Positions 37,911 to 48,250 of a DNA stretch of 64,000 nucleotides are shown here, piece after piece. Position numbers and translations under genes: made by a program. A model generated the notes under the pieces. It made no database searches, was not told where the DNA came from, and saw nothing but the letters and a program-made list of their open reading frames with translations. Source of the DNA: Candidatus Nomurabacteria bacterium (GTDB taxonomy: Bacteria > Patescibacteriota > Minisyncoccia > Phycocordibacterales > UBA5272); assembly GCA_028286645.1 (NCBI GenBank), contig JAQBRF010000002.1, positions 122,518 to 186,517 of the forward strand, read 5' to 3'. The number at the start of each line of letters is the position of its first letter. The first letter of the stretch is position 1.

Positions 37911-39017
37911 TTATTTCACTTCTATAATCTGGCCGTTTTGAATTTTGTATAGCTTCTCTATCTTTTCCGAGAATTGCTTTCCATTAAAATTAATCTTTGT
38001 ATCGGTTCCTGAAATGTTTACTTTTGTCATCGCGTCTCTGATGGTGATATTATCTGATTTAGCAATTCTAGCGGCTTCTATAATTGTACGAATTCCATCG
38101 TAACCGAAGGAAACGAAAACCGAAGCCCCTGGCTCTTTTCCAAACATGCTTTTATATTTAATGTTTAAATCTCTCGTATCATTTGCGTAAAGATTAGTAA
38201 AATAAACCCCTTCTGAGGCTGTTCCGGCAGCATTTGCTTCATCTTGTGTAAATGAATCAGCAGTCATGAAGATGGCGTTAGAATTAAGCTCTCTTAATTG
38301 ACGCACAAAAGGAGCAATAGTGGTTGGGAATAATGGCGCGTATATTCCGTCAGCATTTGTGCTTTTAATTTTTGCTATTTGTGTCCTAAAATCCTTTTGA
38401 TCCGGAGCAACCTGTTCGTTAAAAGTAATATTGCCACCAACTTTTTTGAATTCATCAATAAAAGAATTTGCAATGATACTTGACCAGTCATCTAAGACAT
38501 TTATAACTGCTACGTTTCTTAACTTTAAAGTATTAAATGCATAATCCGCCATTAGCCTCCCCGCACTTTCTGTAGAAAAACCGATTGTGAAAATATTTTT
38601 ACTTGAATTTTTTATGTAATCATTACTATCCCAGGTAACAAGTAGTGGAGTGCTCCCGCTTTTAAATGTATTTTCTATTGGCTTCATTTCTTGCATGGTG
38701 GCAGTCAATACTGCATTCACTTTATCATTTCTTACTAGCTTATTCGCAGCACTTACGGAGTGGTTCGGAGCTGACTGATCATCTTCACTAAGAAATTCAA
38801 CATTTAATCCTGCGTTTTTTGCCTCGGCGAGAGCAATCTGCTCCCCTCTAAGTATCTCTTCTCCAAAAGGTGCGAAGTCTCCGCTTAATGGTAGTATGGA
38901 GCCCACTTTAATTATACTTATTGCTATTTCCTCTTTATGTTTTATCTTCCAAATAATTAAACCAGCCAAAATAACTATAACCACCAGCCCCCATATAATT
39001 GGTTTTTTCATTAGCAC
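37911..39017 (-). CDS. LivK/PBP1-type substrate-binding protein, membrane-anchored
   Basis: IKVGSILPLSGDFAPFGEEILRGEQIALAEAKNAG. Paralogous to the substrate-binding protein at 35887-36990. Confidence 0.8.
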   Translation of the reverse strand: MLMKKPIIWGLVVIVILAGLIIWKIKHKEEIAISIIKVGSILPLSGDFAPFGEEILRGEQIALAEAKNAGLNVEFLSEDDQSAPNHSVSAANKLVRNDKVNAVLTATMQEMKPIENTFKSGSTPLLVTWDSNDYIKNSSKNIFTIGFSTESAGRLMADYAFNTLKLRNVAVINVLDDWSSIIANSFIDEFKKVGGNITFNEQVAPDQKDFRTQIAKIKSTNADGIYAPLFPTTIAPFVRQLRELNSNAIFMTADSFTQDEANAAGTASEGVYFTNLYANDTRDLNIKYKSMFGKEPGASVFVSFGYDGIRTIIEAARIAKSDNITIRDAMTKVNISGTDTKINFNGKQFSEKIEKLYKIQNGQIIEVK

Positions 39018-39034
39018 TAGTATATCACCGGGGA

Positions 39035-40132
39035 TTATTCCACCTCTACCGCTTTCCCTTTCTGTATTTGCTTCATCACAAAGTAATTACTTCCTGTAGA
39101 TACACCGCCTAGAGCATCAAATGTAATATCGCCAAATGTTGCTGTCTTAAATGTAGCAGATCTCATGTATCCATCAATATCTTTTGGATTATCGGACCAA
39201 GCTTTTGAGATTATATACACTGAGTCATAAGTATTGCCCGCTCCGAATATAGGAGGCTTGCCATAGATGTTCATGTAGGCATTATAAAATGACATATCTG
39301 GAGCTTTCGGAGAGTAGAAATAAATCCCATTAAGAAGACTCACTAGATCTTTGTTCTGGTAGCTTTGTTCTACGAATTCATCTCCATACCCAGAAGTGCT
39401 TGAGCTTAGGAATGTTGGTTTTTTCTTTAAGAATTCTAAATTTAATTTCTCATCATAGAAAGCAAAGAATACGGCATCAGGATTTTTTGCTCTCACTTTT
39501 AGTAAGATACTTTTTATGTCAGTTCCTGGATTTAAGAAATCTACTCCCACGATCTCTACCCCATATTTCTTTGCAGCTTTTTCCATAAACTTTGCAACAG
39601 TTATATAGTATGAATCATTTTGGGTGATTATATAGAGTTTTTTCTTGCCTGATTCTGCCATGTGCTTGACCGCGACATCAGACTTTACTTCAGTTCTGTA
39701 CCATGTTGAAAATACTCCCGGGTATTTCTTTTCTCCATTTATTGCTTCAACTCCAGCATCCGGTGAGATCATAATCACTCCTGGCTTTAACATGCTTTCT
39801 GGGCCATGATATACGTCAAGCCACGTAATTATAATCCCTCTCACCTTATCAACGTCTTGGAGCTTAGACACCGCAAGTACAGAATCCTTTGACGTACTCT
39901 TTGTGTCTTCTACGACCAGTTCTAACTTCTTCCCATCTATTCCTCCTTTTGCATTGATTTCTTCTACTGCAAGCTTCGCTCCATTAAGGGAAACCTCACC
40001 CCATGCGGAAGCATCGCCCGTTAAACCTAATGCCATTCCGATTTTAATAGTGTCTTTCTGGCTTTGTTTATATGTAGCGAATAATAAAATTCCTATAGAG
40101 ATTATAAGTATTACAATAATTATTTTTTTCAT
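39035..40132 (-). CDS. LivK/PBP1-type substrate-binding protein, membrane-anchored
   Basis: IKIGMALGLTGDASAWGEVSLNGAKLAVEEINAKGGIDGKKLELVVEDTKS. Confidence 0.8.
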   Translation of the reverse strand: MKKIIIVILIISIGILLFATYKQSQKDTIKIGMALGLTGDASAWGEVSLNGAKLAVEEINAKGGIDGKKLELVVEDTKSTSKDSVLAVSKLQDVDKVRGIIITWLDVYHGPESMLKPGVIMISPDAGVEAINGEKKYPGVFSTWYRTEVKSDVAVKHMAESGKKKLYIITQNDSYYITVAKFMEKAAKKYGVEIVGVDFLNPGTDIKSILLKVRAKNPDAVFFAFYDEKLNLEFLKKKPTFLSSSTSGYGDEFVEQSYQNKDLVSLLNGIYFYSPKAPDMSFYNAYMNIYGKPPIFGAGNTYDSVYIISKAWSDNPKDIDGYMRSATFKTATFGDITFDALGGVSTGSNYFVMKQIQKGKAVEVE

Positions 40133-40239
40133 GCTCTAAGAGTACTCTCCCTATTGACGTATATCAAAAAGAGTGGTACTTTTAGTGCCAAAGTAAAGAA
40201 AAACTTTACTTTACTATAAATAAGACTTATATTACATAA

Positions 40240-41085
40240 ATGTTACTTCTCTCGCACACAGTAGAAGATTATATATGTGAAGCTTTAAAAGAAGGCCCTA
40301 TTTCCACTATTTCTCTCATTGAGAAAATAAAGGCTAATAAACCAGGTATAACTAAACAAGCGGTATATTTAGCCCTTAGAAAATTAAAACAAGCAGAAGT
40401 TATAGTCATCCATAATAAAAAAGTTTCATTTAATATACGATGGCTTAAAAATATGAATGATTTTCTAAGAGTTTCCGAGATGAGACATTCACTGGGAGAT
40501 GTAAGTAAAGATAATTTCCTCAATCTATCGGACGGCGAAAAGATAACATATTCATTTAATAATGCTCATGAGACAGATGCATTCTGGTGGCAGGCGCTTT
40601 ATATGATATCTGAAATGGTAAGTAAAGAAGCTGGGCCTATTTATCTATATAATCCGCATGAGTGGTTTCTGTTTGCTCGTCGTGAAAGTGAGCTTGAATT
40701 GTTGCGAATTATAGCCGTGAAAAGGCGACTGCTTATACTTTCAACACATAAAACTCCTCTTGATCTGGCAGTAGCTAAGGATTTTGATGGAAACAGGACT
40801 CAATACTATATGCATGATAAACCTTTATTCCCAAAAAATAATTATTATTACAATGTAATGGGAGATTTTATTATAGAAGTCTATATTGCCAGGCAAGTCA
40901 TTGATGCCATCGAGGAAATATATTCCTCATCTTTAAGTGTGAACGAAGAGGTAATTGAAAAGCTTAAAAAAACTATAAATATTAAAGGGAAAACTCTTCT
41001 TTCTATATCACGGAATAAAAAGAAAGCAGAAAAGTTAAAAAAGGAGTTTTATAAGCACTTCTACATTCCAGAAATGCATAAATAA
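40240..41085 (+). CDS. Winged-helix transcriptional regulator (TrmB/MarR-like N-terminal HTH)
   Basis: ISTISLIEKIKANKPGITKQAVYLALRKLKQAEVIVI is HTH-like. Divergent from the two substrate-binding protein genes upstream. Confidence 0.5.
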   Translation: MLLLSHTVEDYICEALKEGPISTISLIEKIKANKPGITKQAVYLALRKLKQAEVIVIHNKKVSFNIRWLKNMNDFLRVSEMRHSLGDVSKDNFLNLSDGEKITYSFNNAHETDAFWWQALYMISEMVSKEAGPIYLYNPHEWFLFARRESELELLRIIAVKRRLLILSTHKTPLDLAVAKDFDGNRTQYYMHDKPLFPKNNYYYNVMGDFIIEVYIARQVIDAIEEIYSSSLSVNEEVIEKLKKTINIKGKTLLSISRNKKKAEKLKKEFYKHFYIPEMHK

Positions 41086-41141
41086 AGTTTAAATAATAAA
41101 ACCGCCACAGAGTGGCAGTTTTATTATTTAAAGAGACTCTA

Positions 41142-41507
41142 TTATTTGTGTCTCACACACTTGCAAGCGCCAATTGTCGCAATAAGACCTCCGATTATAG
41201 CAATATTTTTAAGTGCCATAGTCATATTCATTGCATTTGACCAATCTCGGTGAGCGATAAGGATAGTTAATAATGCAAATATTGCTAGTATCCATCCTGT
41301 TGTGCAAACCTTATATCCCCATGCGTAAGCAAGAGCTATAGGAATTTCCACAATAATTGCAATTAATGCTGCGATTACTGGAAGAGGAAGGCCTAGAGAT
41401 CCCATGTAATCTGTTGTTCCTGCGAAGTCCATAAGCTTCTGAACACCAGCAACAACGAAAACGAGAGCGATTAATATGCGTGAAGTAAGAGCGTAGTTTA
41501 TTTTCAT
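41142..41507 (-). CDS. DoxX family membrane protein
   Basis: ALVFVVAGVQKL...four TM helices; typical DoxX size of 121 aa. Confidence 0.8.
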   Translation of the reverse strand: MKINYALTSRILIALVFVVAGVQKLMDFAGTTDYMGSLGLPLPVIAALIAIIVEIPIALAYAWGYKVCTTGWILAIFALLTILIAHRDWSNAMNMTMALKNIAIIGGLIATIGACKCVRHK

Positions 41508-41657
41508 ATTTTTTACGCGATTTAGGATTTAAGATTCAGGAATTAAGAATAATTCTTAAATCATAACTCGTAAATCATGAATCGTATTTAATAATAGTGC
41601 CCTTTCGGGTTGGCAACAGTATACCACCCTTAATTCAAAGAAATACTAGTGTTTCAA

Positions 41658-42359
41658 CTAGTTTTGGAGCATTAGAGCCGCTCCTACAATTGCCGCAGTT
41701 TCTGCTCTTAGGGTCGTTTGCCCTAAAGATAAAGCCTTAAAATTATTTTCCTCAAATAGTTTAATCTCTGATTCAGCCCACCCCCCTTCAGGTCCCACGA
41801 AAAATAGTAATGAAGAGTCAGAAGACAGCCCCTCCCTTTTTTCTATGAAATCTTGCCCATCTTTTTGCAAAAAATACTTATTATAACCGTGCTCTAAGCC
41901 TTTTAAAGCAGAAGACAGCTCTATCGCAGGCAAAATATCTGGAATATCCCCCCTTCCACATTGCTCCGCAGCCTCGGTGGCTATTTTTATGAGCCGTTCG
42001 TGATTTAAGTCCTTCCTTGTTGATCTTTCTGAGATTACAGGAGTTATGGAATAAATGCCTATTTCAGTGGCCTTCTGTACTACGAGCTCGAAAAGGTCTT
42101 TCTTTATAAGCGAAAGATACAGGCTCACCCTTTTACCTATCAGTACAGATTTTTCTTTGCTTATAAATTTAAGCCCACAGGCTTTTGGAGATAGATTTTC
42201 AATGGAATATGTTCTATCTTCCCCGCTTCCATTAAAGAGAACAACTAAATCGCCTTTCTTATATCTAAATACATTTGACCACTGTTTAATTGTAGAAACA
42301 TCATTTACGACAACTTCTTCACCAAGGGGAAGTGACATATAAAAGCGATGTAATCGCAT
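41658..42359 (-). CDS. rsmE: 16S rRNA (uracil1498-N3)-methyltransferase RsmE
   Basis: N-terminal MRLHRFY (internal Met of the tracked ORF). C-terminal GPEGGW..E and SLGQTTLRAETAAI are RsmE signatures. Confidence 0.8.
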   Translation of the reverse strand: MRLHRFYMSLPLGEEVVVNDVSTIKQWSNVFRYKKGDLVVLFNGSGEDRTYSIENLSPKACGLKFISKEKSVLIGKRVSLYLSLIKKDLFELVVQKATEIGIYSITPVISERSTRKDLNHERLIKIATEAAEQCGRGDIPDILPAIELSSALKGLEHGYNKYFLQKDGQDFIEKREGLSSDSSLLFFVGPEGGWAESEIKLFEENNFKALSLGQTTLRAETAAIVGAALMLQN

Positions 42360-42712
42360 GTTTCCTACACTACTGGAGGAGAAAAGACATTGCAACAAAA
42401 GTAAAAGGACGATATTTTACAAGGACAGAAAGTAGATATAAATATAAAAGACAGTTATCCACAGTTAATTACTTGCACATAAAAGACAGTGGTTGTAATA
42501 TAAAGGACGTAGGTAAGTGAATTGTCAAAGACGCTCGCCGGGTGTACCGGTAAAAACAGTTTGTACAAATTTCTTACCCCATTGATCTTTCCATCTCCGG
42601 CACGTGAAGTTATCATTAAGTTGCCGGACTAGACCCCTTTTAAGTTTACGTTTCTGCTTCTCATTACTAGTTATCTAGGTTGTGAAACCAATGTAGCTAA
42701 CCTCTTTTTGAG

Positions 42713-42776
42713 ACATCCCCTACAATATGTGTACGAAGCTGTTGCTCGCACACATATTGTAGGGGATTTCTTTTTG
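42713..42776 (+). terminator. Strong hairpin (17-bp stem) plus T-run; plus-strand terminator with no annotated upstream CDS
   Basis: tcccctacaatatgtgt acgaagctgttgctcgc acacatattgtagggga followed by TTTCTTTTT. Confidence 0.5.
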
Positions 42777-42832
42777 CTCAAGCTTGTCCTTTAGAAATAA
42801 ATCAGGGCGGCTCGCATAGCGAGCCGCCCTTT

Positions 42833-43036
42833 TCACTTCTTGTAAAATGAATCTACCGCGGCATCCGTTCTCGGCTTTATGACCGCCACAACAAACATCA
42901 CTCCGAGAATCAGAACGCCCACGACGGTGATCCAGACTGCGATCCACCGCGCTTGGTTTCCAGCAGGGATGACATAGAACCCCAAGATACCGAGAGCGAA
43001 CAGCGTGGCACCCGTAATCCCAAACCCTTTTGCCAT
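42833..43036 (-). CDS. Small two-TM membrane protein (67 aa), GC-rich
   Basis: ORF track. Two hydrophobic helices. GC-rich hairpin terminator downstream at 42797-42822. Confidence 0.4.
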   Translation of the reverse strand: MAKGFGITGATLFALGILGFYVIPAGNQARWIAVWITVVGVLILGVMFVVAVIKPRTDAAVDSFYKK

Positions 43037-43265
43037 GATGGTTCCTTATTCGGATGAAGTCCGACTTAATGGCAGTATAACACGATATATCGAAATAGTC
43101 AATGCTCACATCTTAATAAAATCATGATATAGTGCGCATATACAGATAAGAAAGTATTGCTATCACGAAAGGAATTCAGAATTACCTCTTATAATTATCG
43201 AAATTTTAATAGTTTCGTATCTGGTGGATATACGCTACCCGCTACAAACTACCCGCTATTTATTT

Positions 43266-43853
43266 ATGTTAATCCCTACAGTTATTGAAAAAAGTCAGTT
43301 TGGTGAACGTGCGTATGATATTTACTCAAGGCTTCTAAGAGAAAGAATTATTTTCTTAGCGGGCTCTATTGATGGCAATGTGGCAAACATTGTCATCGCT
43401 CAGCTTCTTTTTCTTGAAAGTGAAGACCCGAAGAAGGATATTACTCTTTATATAAACTCCCCTGGCGGTGAAATACAGTCCGGGCTTGCTATTGTGGATG
43501 CTATGCATCATATCAAGCCAGACGTAGCTACTGTCTGCGTGGGCATGGCAGCTTCTATGGGCGCTATCATTCTTTCACAAGGGAAAAAAGGAAAGAGATA
43601 CGCCCTTCCTAACTCAGAAGTTATGATCCATCAGCCTTTAACTGGTGTAGAAGGTCAAGCGTCCGACATAGAAATTACAGCGAAACATATATTAGCTCTT
43701 AAGAAGAAACTTTATACTATTCTTTCAGAAGCAACGGGCAAAGCAGAATCCCAAGTAGAAAAAGATGGAGATAGAGATTACTGGATGAATTCTGATGAGG
43801 CGAAGAAGTACGGAATCGTGGATCAAATTCTTAAGCCTAAAGTGGTTAAATAA
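43266..43853 (+). CDS. clpP: ATP-dependent Clp protease proteolytic subunit
   Basis: YINSPGG, active-site GMAASMGA and MIHQP. The start is taken at ATG 43266; the tracked ORF begins at GTG 43224. Confidence 0.9.
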   Translation: MLIPTVIEKSQFGERAYDIYSRLLRERIIFLAGSIDGNVANIVIAQLLFLESEDPKKDITLYINSPGGEIQSGLAIVDAMHHIKPDVATVCVGMAASMGAIILSQGKKGKRYALPNSEVMIHQPLTGVEGQASDIEITAKHILALKKKLYTILSEATGKAESQVEKDGDRDYWMNSDEAKKYGIVDQILKPKVVK

Positions 43854-43930
43854 CATTAGATTAATGATTTATAATTCAAGAATTAAGAGGAAATTCGTAA
43901 ATCATACTTCATAAATCTGAGCCATTAGTT

Positions 43931-45424
43931 ATGAACACATTTATTCTCATAATAGCTTTCATTGCAGGTGCCATAGGCGCTTTGTTCGGCTATGTAGCGC
44001 GGCACTTCATCGCTCGTGCTCAGCGAGGAAATATCGAGCATGAAATGGAAGAATTAGTTCTACAGGCAAAGAAAGAGGCAAATAGAATAGAAGCAGAAGC
44101 TCTTCAAAAGGCCAAGGAAATCCGCTCAGAAAGCGAAAAGATAGAAGAAAGAATCCAAAAGCAAGAAGAAAGAATAGAAAAAAGAGAAGCAGAACTAGCC
44201 CGTGATCAGGAGTCTTTAAAGAAAAACAGGATTGAACTCGAATCTTTCCGTGAAACTGTAGTAAAAAAAGACAAGGATATTGTTACCGCATATGAAAAGC
44301 TCTCTGGTCTTTCAAAAGAAGAAGCAAAGGAATATGTCTTAAACAAAGCTCTTCGGGATGGAGAAGGCGACATCCAGTCACGCCTCTTAAAGCTTTCTCG
44401 AGATGGAGAAGTGCGTTTAATGGATAAAGCTCGCGATATTTTAATGAACACGATCTATAGAATAGCAAATGGCCCTATCGCCTCGTTTATGACTTCTACG
44501 GTAGAGATAGAAGATGAGGAAATAAAGGGAAAGGTTATAGGAAAAGAAGGAAGAAATATAAAAACATTTGAAAAGATGGCAGGAGTTGAGCTTTTAATAG
44601 ATGAAAACCCAAATAATATTGTAATTTCCTGTTTCGATCCAGTGCGCCGTGCTATCGCCACGAATGCTCTTCAGATGCTTATAAAAGATGGGCGTATAAA
44701 TCCTGCAAAGATAGAAGAAAGCATAGATAAAGCAAAGAAAGATATTGGTATTTTTATAAGAAAGAAAGGTGAAGAAGCGGTTTTAGAATGCGGACTGCTC
44801 ACAGTGCCCGAAGAATTGATTCCGATTATTGGGCGTCTCTATTTCAGAACGAGTTACGGGCAAAATGTTCTGGATCATTCTATTGAGATGGCGCATATTG
44901 CAGGGTTGCTTGCTTCTGAGCTTGGGGCTGATGTGCATGTCGCAAAGGCCGGCTCACTCCTTCATGACATTGGTAAGGCTGTAGATCACGAAATACAAGG
45001 TACTCATGTGGAAATAGGAAGAAAGATTTTAGCAAAGTATGGCGTGGATGTGAGAATTATTCAGGCCATGCAAGCGCATCACGAAGAATATCCTTATGAA
45101 ACCCTCGAATCAGTTATCGTCCAAGTCGCTGACGCTATTTCTGGAGGACGTCCTGGGGCACGCCGAGATACAGTAGATAGATATATAAAAAGGTTGGAAG
45201 ATCTGGAAGCTCTTGCCTTATCATTTGCTGGAATTGAAAGAGTCTATGCCCTTCAAGCGGGACGCGAAATACGAGTATTCGTCTCCCCTGCTTTAGTTAG
45301 TGATTTAGAAGCAAGAGATTTAGCAAGAAATATTGCGATACGAGTAGAGCAGGAATTGAGATTCCCGGGGGAGATAAAGATACATGTGATCAGGGAGTCT
45401 AGGGTTATAGAGTTTGCAAGATAA
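43931..45424 (+). CDS. rny: Ribonuclease Y
   Basis: N-terminal TM helix. Coiled coil. KH domain (GKVIGKEGRNIKTFEKMAGVEL). HD domain (HSIEMAHIAGLLASELGAD...LLHDIGKA). Confidence 0.9.
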   Translation: MNTFILIIAFIAGAIGALFGYVARHFIARAQRGNIEHEMEELVLQAKKEANRIEAEALQKAKEIRSESEKIEERIQKQEERIEKREAELARDQESLKKNRIELESFRETVVKKDKDIVTAYEKLSGLSKEEAKEYVLNKALRDGEGDIQSRLLKLSRDGEVRLMDKARDILMNTIYRIANGPIASFMTSTVEIEDEEIKGKVIGKEGRNIKTFEKMAGVELLIDENPNNIVISCFDPVRRAIATNALQMLIKDGRINPAKIEESIDKAKKDIGIFIRKKGEEAVLECGLLTVPEELIPIIGRLYFRTSYGQNVLDHSIEMAHIAGLLASELGADVHVAKAGSLLHDIGKAVDHEIQGTHVEIGRKILAKYGVDVRIIQAMQAHHEEYPYETLESVIVQVADAISGGRPGARRDTVDRYIKRLEDLEALALSFAGIERVYALQAGREIRVFVSPALVSDLEARDLARNIAIRVEQELRFPGEIKIHVIRESRVIEFAR

Positions 45425-45442
45425 ATTTGCTATTATTTTTAC

Positions 45443-45658
45443 ATGATAAAACTTATTGAGACAGGAGACGAGGGTGGAGCATTATATATTAAGGGCTTAT
45501 TAGAATCTCAAGGAATGAAGGTGGTTATATCAAGTAGTAACAATAGTTACATGCCCGGTGTTATGGGGGTCTACAATGGAATGGTTCCATATGATGTGTA
45601 CATCCGTGATACAGATATAGAAAAGGCTAAAGAAATCCTCAAAGAAAATAACATATAA
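45443..45658 (+). CDS. Small hypothetical protein (71 aa), co-directional with rny
   Basis: ORF track. 10-bp-stem hairpin (ccgcgaagct gtg agcttcgcgg) at 45665-45687 immediately downstream. Confidence 0.45.
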   Translation: MIKLIETGDEGGALYIKGLLESQGMKVVISSSNNSYMPGVMGVYNGMVPYDVYIRDTDIEKAKEILKENNI

Positions 45659-45711
45659 AAAATCCGCGAAGCTGTGAGCTTCGCGGTGTTGCAAGGAGGA
45701 GGCAAAAACGA

Positions 45712-45915
45712 TTACTTTTTTTGCCCAGGACATGGATATGCAAGCATCCCCATGTTTCCCGGAACATGATCTCGGGCCCCACACATGGTGCAGATTTCAT
45801 CGGACACACTTGAGTCTGATGAGCGTGTTTTATGAGAATGGTGGACTTTATACATATCTATCCCCCCACTTACATCAGCTCTTGCCGCCTTGTAATCACT
45901 TTGAGCGTTTATCAT
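45712..45915 (-). CDS. Small Cys-containing hypothetical protein (67 aa), GC-rich
   Basis: Lies downstream of the Gam-like gene on the same strand. CTMCG...YPCPG could be a zinc-ribbon remnant. Weak. Confidence 0.2.
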   Translation of the reverse strand: MINAQSDYKAARADVSGGIDMYKVHHSHKTRSSDSSVSDEICTMCGARDHVPGNMGMLAYPCPGQKK

Positions 45916-45943
45916 AAATCTCCTGTTTATGAGTAGTTTCTCC

Positions 45944-46507
45944 TCAGCACTTATTTACCGGCATCGTGATCACTTTCGGGACTTGACTGTTTCTCGGTGA
46001 GGGTGAGATGAAAAATTCTTCTTCACCCTTACTCCCCCTGATCGAAATCCCCTTAATAGATTTGAACTTCCCGTCTTGGTAGTCCTGAAGGATTACCTGA
46101 CGGTTGAGGCTTGGAGTGAAGCGCAAGTATTTCTTTTTACGCTTGAGGAACTTGGCGATCATGCCTTTTTCCGTGAACCCTTCAGCGATTTCAACTTCTG
46201 CTTTCACTTTTCGGAAGCCGACCTCCCCTGCTGCAAATACGACCGATTTTTTATCGCCGAACTCCTCTCTTCGCACTCGGACGAAGTCGAATATCTTCCC
46301 AACGATTTCGTCACGGACTTTTTTCTTTGCGGCGAGTTTTTCGTCGCGCTCTTTCTGTAAGTCCGTAATTTTCTGCTTGTAAGAGTTTTCTATGCGCATG
46401 TGTGCAAAGATATTACTTGCAAGTTGTTTTAGGAGTCCGGCCACCTCCCAGAGGGCTTTCGGCGGACGAACGCGTTTCACAACTGTACCTACAACTTGGG
46501 TATCCAT
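45944..46507 (-). CDS. Phage Mu Gam-like (host-nuclease inhibitor / DNA-end binding) family protein, GC-rich
   Basis: N-terminal coiled coil. Central ...DKKSVVFAAGEVGFRK... resembles the conserved Gam-family block KKS(I/V)xLPxGT(V/I)xWR. Recognised from memory only. Confidence 0.4.
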   Translation of the reverse strand: MDTQVVGTVVKRVRPPKALWEVAGLLKQLASNIFAHMRIENSYKQKITDLQKERDEKLAAKKKVRDEIVGKIFDFVRVRREEFGDKKSVVFAAGEVGFRKVKAEVEIAEGFTEKGMIAKFLKRKKKYLRFTPSLNRQVILQDYQDGKFKSIKGISIRGSKGEEEFFISPSPRNSQVPKVITMPVNKC

Positions 46508-46597
46508 CTTTCTTTCTCCTTGTGTCTTAATGTGCTGCCTGCACTTACTTTACTGGCGTTAGAGCTATATGTTAAACTGTCGGCGAATACCGACAAC

Positions 46598-47362
46598 ATG
46601 TCATCATTAGAGAATATATTACAAGAACTTGATCTCCCTCCCTCATCTCAAAAGATATATAAGGAGCTTTTAGAGCGCGGGGAGGCAACAGCTCGCACGC
46701 TATCTTTGCGATTGCGTTTAACCCGCCCTTCTACCTATGATCATTTATCACTTCTTAAGAAAAAAGGATTAGTGGTTGAGTTTAAAAGAGAAAGCACGAC
46801 CTATTTCGCGGTAGATGATGTGCGCCATGTCGGGAATGCATTAAAGGAACGCATAGAAAAGCTTACGGAACATGAAAAGATGTTCAGCACGATGCTTCCT
46901 CAGCTGCTTAAGGAAAGTAAGACAGAAACTCCAAAGATAAAGTTCTTTGAAGGAAAAGAAGGTCTAACTTATCTTTTATATGATGTTTTGTGGAATAAAG
47001 GAGAAACTATTTATACAATGTGGCCGCACAAAGAAATGGAAAAAGTTTTGGATAAAGAGGCCATGGTGCGTTTCAACGAAAGGCGTATACAAGAAAAGAT
47101 CATAGTTCATGCTTTATGGCCCCATCAATCAAAACCAAATAAAAGTAATAGCAAAGATTATATCTGGCAAGGCAAAGATCAGTTTACAAAGAGAAAATAC
47201 GCCCCAAAAGATATGTCATGGAGCATGGGCTATACGATTTATGATGACAAGGTTTCATTTATCTCATCCGAGAAAGAAGTTTTCGGATTTATTGTTCAAT
47301 CTAGCGAGTTTTCTAAACTAATGCGCATGCAATTTGAAGTTCTTTGGAATTTAAGTAAATAA
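46598..47362 (+). CDS. TrmB-family transcriptional regulator
   Basis: Internal start MSSLENILQELDLPPSSQKIYKELLERGEATARTLSLRLRLTRPSTYDHLSLLKKKGLV is a wHTH. The tracked ORF begins at 46496. Confidence 0.7.
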   Translation: MSSLENILQELDLPPSSQKIYKELLERGEATARTLSLRLRLTRPSTYDHLSLLKKKGLVVEFKRESTTYFAVDDVRHVGNALKERIEKLTEHEKMFSTMLPQLLKESKTETPKIKFFEGKEGLTYLLYDVLWNKGETIYTMWPHKEMEKVLDKEAMVRFNERRIQEKIIVHALWPHQSKPNKSNSKDYIWQGKDQFTKRKYAPKDMSWSMGYTIYDDKVSFISSEKEVFGFIVQSSEFSKLMRMQFEVLWNLSK

Positions 47363-47378
47363 ATAATCGAAACCGCCC

Positions 47379-48170
47379 TTAGGCGATTTTTGATTTGTCC
47401 TCCCCTTCTTTATTCCATACATATTCAAAGATTTTCTTTATCGTATTGGAAATACGTTCGTCTTCAATAATAACGGCCACAGGATCTTCGTTTGAAAAAG
47501 AAGTTAAAGAAATTTTATTTTCATATGCAATTATTTCTGTATCAAATGAATATTCTTTCGGAATTATTTTCGTAGTACGGAAGAATTGTTTATCTTTATT
47601 TTTAGTTGCATGGCCACCCGGAGTATCTGTGGTGATAACCGATGCTTTTATCCCCATGTCCCTTCTTTTCGTTAAGTAATAATGCACCCATTCTTGATCT
47701 GCCACGTTATATATTGCGTCTGCCCCGGTAAATGTGCGTATTTGCTTTTGAGTATTGTGGTCTAGCGTATCTTCATAGGCCTGCTTGATACCATCTAGAC
47801 CTTTAAAGAATTGAATTTTTGGGAAAATATGTTTCTGGGCTCTCTTGCTTTCAATTTCAGGAAGTATTTCTTTATAATAGTCTGCATTTTGAGAAAGGAC
47901 AGCTTTTTGTCTTTCCATGTAATCTAGGAGTAGGTGAGGCTCTATTGATCGGAATATAAGCACCTTCTTTTCATCCATGGATGTAACCAATCCTTTCTCA
48001 ATGAGATTATTAATGGCGCTGTAGACGGTCGTGCGATTTAGTTTTGTTTTTCGTGAAATTTCAGTAGCCCGGAGTAATTTATGTTCTAGCAAGGATTTTA
48101 ATATTACTGTTTCGGTATTATTTAGGCCTATGGCTTCTAAAATAGAATTGATTTTTTCTTTTACGGCCAT
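47379..48170 (-). CDS. TrmB-family transcriptional regulator
   Basis: IGLNNTETVILKSLLEHKLLRATEISRKTKLNRTTVYSAINNLIEKGLV. Divergent from the substrate-binding protein gene at 48251-49417. Confidence 0.75.
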   Translation of the reverse strand: MAVKEKINSILEAIGLNNTETVILKSLLEHKLLRATEISRKTKLNRTTVYSAINNLIEKGLVTSMDEKKVLIFRSIEPHLLLDYMERQKAVLSQNADYYKEILPEIESKRAQKHIFPKIQFFKGLDGIKQAYEDTLDHNTQKQIRTFTGADAIYNVADQEWVHYYLTKRRDMGIKASVITTDTPGGHATKNKDKQFFRTTKIIPKEYSFDTEIIAYENKISLTSFSNEDPVAVIIEDERISNTIKKIFEYVWNKEGEDKSKIA

Positions 48171-48250
48171 TAGGAGATATTATACTTTTTGTTGTAATTA
48201 GTCAACATTATTCATCTTTATTTGACAATAACCCTTGTTTTTATAGAGTT

